Assembly (NCBI GenBank): GCA_913020725.1
Contig: CAJWCD010000023.1
Location: forward strand, 1-31,187
Source of the DNA: an uncultured Pseudomonadota bacterium
GTDB lineage: Bacteria; SAR324; NAC60-12
Reading direction: 5' to 3'
DNA length: 31,187 nt
How positions within the stretch are numbered: position 1 is the stretch's first letter; each line of letters begins with the position of its first letter. The notes below the pieces were generated by a model. The model saw only the letters and a program-made list of their open reading frames with translations. It was not told the DNA's origin and searched no databases. The position numbers and the translations under genes are program-made. Shown piece by piece: positions 28,960-31,187 of the stretch.

Positions 28960-30165
28960 TCAGTCCAGCCGTTCCACAAAGTTGCGGATGCGGCGGGTCG
29001 CCTCGGCCAGCAAATCGTCTGCCGCCGCAAACGAGAGCCGAAAATATCCCGGAGTCCCGAATGCGGAACCCGGCACGACCGCGACCCCCTGATCTTCCAT
29101 CAGCGCCAGCACCCAATCGCTGTCCTTCTGCAGCACCGTACCGTTTGGCGCACGACGCCCCAGATGCGCCTGGATTGACGGAAAAATGTAGAACGCCCCA
29201 TCTGGAGATACACAGTTAATGCCCTCCGTGGCATTGAGTGCGTCGAGCGTTTGCTTGCGGCGGCGGGTGAAGGTGGACAGCATCGTCTCCAGCACGTCTT
29301 GTGGGCCATTGAGGGCTTCCACCGCCGCCCACTGCGCGATGGCGCAGGGGTGGGAAGTGGATTGTCCTTGAATTTTCTTCATCGCCGCCATCAGCGGTTT
29401 CGGCCCTGCGCCGTAGCCGATCCGCCAACCGGTCATCGCATAGGATTTGGAAACGCCGTTCATGGTCAATGTGCGCTCGTGCAGTTCCGGAACCACCGAG
29501 GCGAAGGTCTGGAATTCGACGGTCCCGTAGGTGAGCATTTCGTAAATGTCATCGGTCAGCACCAGCACCTGCGGATGTCGTTTGAGGACTGCGCCCAAAC
29601 CAGACAAGTCCACCGGGCTGTACATCACCCCGGTGGGATTCGAGGGCGAGTTGAGCAGCAGCCAGCGTGTTCGCGGTGTGATCGCCTGCTCCAGTGCCTC
29701 CGGAGTGAGCCGAAACCCCTCCTCTGGTTTGGTGTTCACAAACACAGGCTTCCCGCCAAACAAGCGAACAATGTCCGGGTAGCTGACCCAATACGGTGCA
29801 GGAATGATGACCTCATCGTCTGCGTCCAGTGTGGCCATCATCACATTGAAAATGACCTGCTTGCCGCCCACTCCAACCAGCACCTGATCCGGCGTGTAGT
29901 CCAGCCCGTTGTCCCGCTTGAACTTTGCGGCAATCGCCTCCCGCAACTCCGGAATGCCCTCCGTTGCCGTGTAGCGTGTTTCGCCCCGGTCGATGGCACG
30001 TTTCGCGGCATCCCGGATGTGTTGCGGGGTCTCAAAATCCGGTTCGCCTGCTGCGAGGGCAATGATGTCCCGGCCCTCGGCCTTGAGTTCCCGCGCCCGG
30101 GTGCTGATCGCCACGGTGGGCGAGACCCGGACCTCTGCGAGCCTGGAAGCAAGTTTCATAGTCAT
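28960..30165 (-). CDS. PLP-dependent class I aminotransferase (aspartate aminotransferase-like)
   Basis: AGEPDF, PYWVSY, NSPSNPTG, DDIYE, GVSKSYAMTGWRIG, GAFY, VPGSAFG, RLSFA. Start is ATG 30165 or 30159. Confidence 0.93.
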   Translation of the reverse strand: MTMKLASRLAEVRVSPTVAISTRARELKAEGRDIIALAAGEPDFETPQHIRDAAKRAIDRGETRYTATEGIPELREAIAAKFKRDNGLDYTPDQVLVGVGGKQVIFNVMMATLDADDEVIIPAPYWVSYPDIVRLFGGKPVFVNTKPEEGFRLTPEALEQAITPRTRWLLLNSPSNPTGVMYSPVDLSGLGAVLKRHPQVLVLTDDIYEMLTYGTVEFQTFASVVPELHERTLTMNGVSKSYAMTGWRIGYGAGPKPLMAAMKKIQGQSTSHPCAIAQWAAVEALNGPQDVLETMLSTFTRRRKQTLDALNATEGINCVSPDGAFYIFPSIQAHLGRRAPNGTVLQKDSDWVLALMEDQGVAVVPGSAFGTPGYFRLSFAAADDLLAEATRRIRNFVERLD

Positions 30166-30202
30166 CGTTGGGTTGGAGTGAGCATTCTGCGAAATCCCCT
30201 CT

Positions 30203-30982
30203 TCAAGCAGCCAGTGCCTGATCGGAACCAACTTCCAGTGGGGCAGGGTTCGGATTGTTGTGGAACCACGCCCGCTGGTTGCCGCCAGTGGGACGGTTGC
30301 TCACCAAGTTGTAGTTCAGGTAGATGATGGCCCGGGGCCAAGGACTCACATTGGAGGCGCTGCCGTGGATGAGGTTGCAGTGAATGAACGCCACTGTTCC
30401 GGCGGACCCCATCACAGGTTCGATGCCTTGCTTCCCCGCAAGATCCGTGACAATGCTCTCGTTAATCTCCATCACGGTGTAGCCCTTAGCGTCCGCTTCC
30501 GGGCGCACATCTTCTGACATTCCCAGCTTGTGGGTGCCGGGAATAACCAAAAGCGGGCCGTTCACCGCAGTCGCCTTGTGCAGGAGAACCGCTGTCATCA
30601 CACAGTGCGGTTCCGGCATCCCGTCTTCGCGGTGCCAAGTCCCAAAGTCTTGATGCCAGTTCCACGCTCCACCACTGAAACCCAGCTTGGGATTGAGTCG
30701 GCTTTGGTGCAGGTAGGCCTCTCCCCGCAACAACTGACGCATGGGGTTGAGCAGGCGGGGAAGCTTTGACAAGTGGGAAAACGGCTTGCAGAAATCATGC
30801 GTCCCATAGACCAGACGGATGTTGTTGGACTGCTTTTCCCGGACCACTTCCGGCCCCGTGCGGGAGTAGAGTTCCGGCAATCGGACGGTTAGTTGTGCCA
30901 CCTCCTGCGGCTGCAGCAATCCCGGAAACACGAGCAGGCCGCGGTCATCAAACTCGGCAATTTGTTCTGGGGTAAGTTCCAT
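30203..30982 (-). CDS. Fe(II)/2-oxoglutarate dioxygenase, PhyH family, ectoine/proline hydroxylase-like
   Basis: QSRLNPK, WNWHQDFGTWHREDGMP, NGPLLVIPGTH, HCNLIHGSASNVSPWPR. Confidence 0.9.
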   Translation of the reverse strand: MELTPEQIAEFDDRGLLVFPGLLQPQEVAQLTVRLPELYSRTGPEVVREKQSNNIRLVYGTHDFCKPFSHLSKLPRLLNPMRQLLRGEAYLHQSRLNPKLGFSGGAWNWHQDFGTWHREDGMPEPHCVMTAVLLHKATAVNGPLLVIPGTHKLGMSEDVRPEADAKGYTVMEINESIVTDLAGKQGIEPVMGSAGTVAFIHCNLIHGSASNVSPWPRAIIYLNYNLVSNRPTGGNQRAWFHNNPNPAPLEVGSDQALAA

Positions 30983-31187
30983 GAGTTCAGTCCAGTGCAA
31001 TGACTTCCGGTGTTCCAACTTCCGGGTGGAAGATTTTCACAAGAGAGGAAGTGTCAACAAAATAATTCACTGATGTTACGCAGAGGGATATCAGACTAAA
31101 CTAAAGCCAGCCGATTGATGACGCTCCGCAATCTTTCCCGCTCCTCATTCGTGAGGCGGACAATGTACTTTTTCTGCATGGCAACAC

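Overview
Bacterial chromosomal DNA, mostly GC-rich with AT-richer intergenic and insert segments, made up almost entirely of catabolic modules. In order: a small cytochrome c and a cytochrome P460/c'-beta-family gene; a LysR-associated 2-aminoethylphosphonate (AEP) cluster (phnW-phnA-methyltransferase plus a convergent phnX, with no phnY); a putA remnant; boxC-boxB (aerobic benzoyl-CoA ring cleavage, no boxA); an Slt-type lytic transglycosylase divergent from hypothetical-alr; an SDR plus a UxaA-family dehydratase with a frameshifted N-terminus; a tartrate/D-malate dehydrogenase; a SauS/SauT-like pair; a PhyH dioxygenase coupled to an MFS transporter; an AT-rich DUF350-like + SLT insert bracketed by a 137-bp direct repeat; two small dimeric alpha/beta-barrel-type genes; and a minus-strand run of EctD-like dioxygenase, aminotransferase, His-rich TPR protein and signal-less PhnD-like protein. 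No rRNA, tRNA, CRISPR array, integrase or transposase was recognised. The most unusual features are the methyltransferase coupled to phnA where phnY is usually found, a shared candidate LysR box before phnW and phnX, the duplicated leader around the insert, and the dioxygenase-aminotransferase-TPR-PhnD-like operon. All calls come from reading motifs by eye; no database searches were run.
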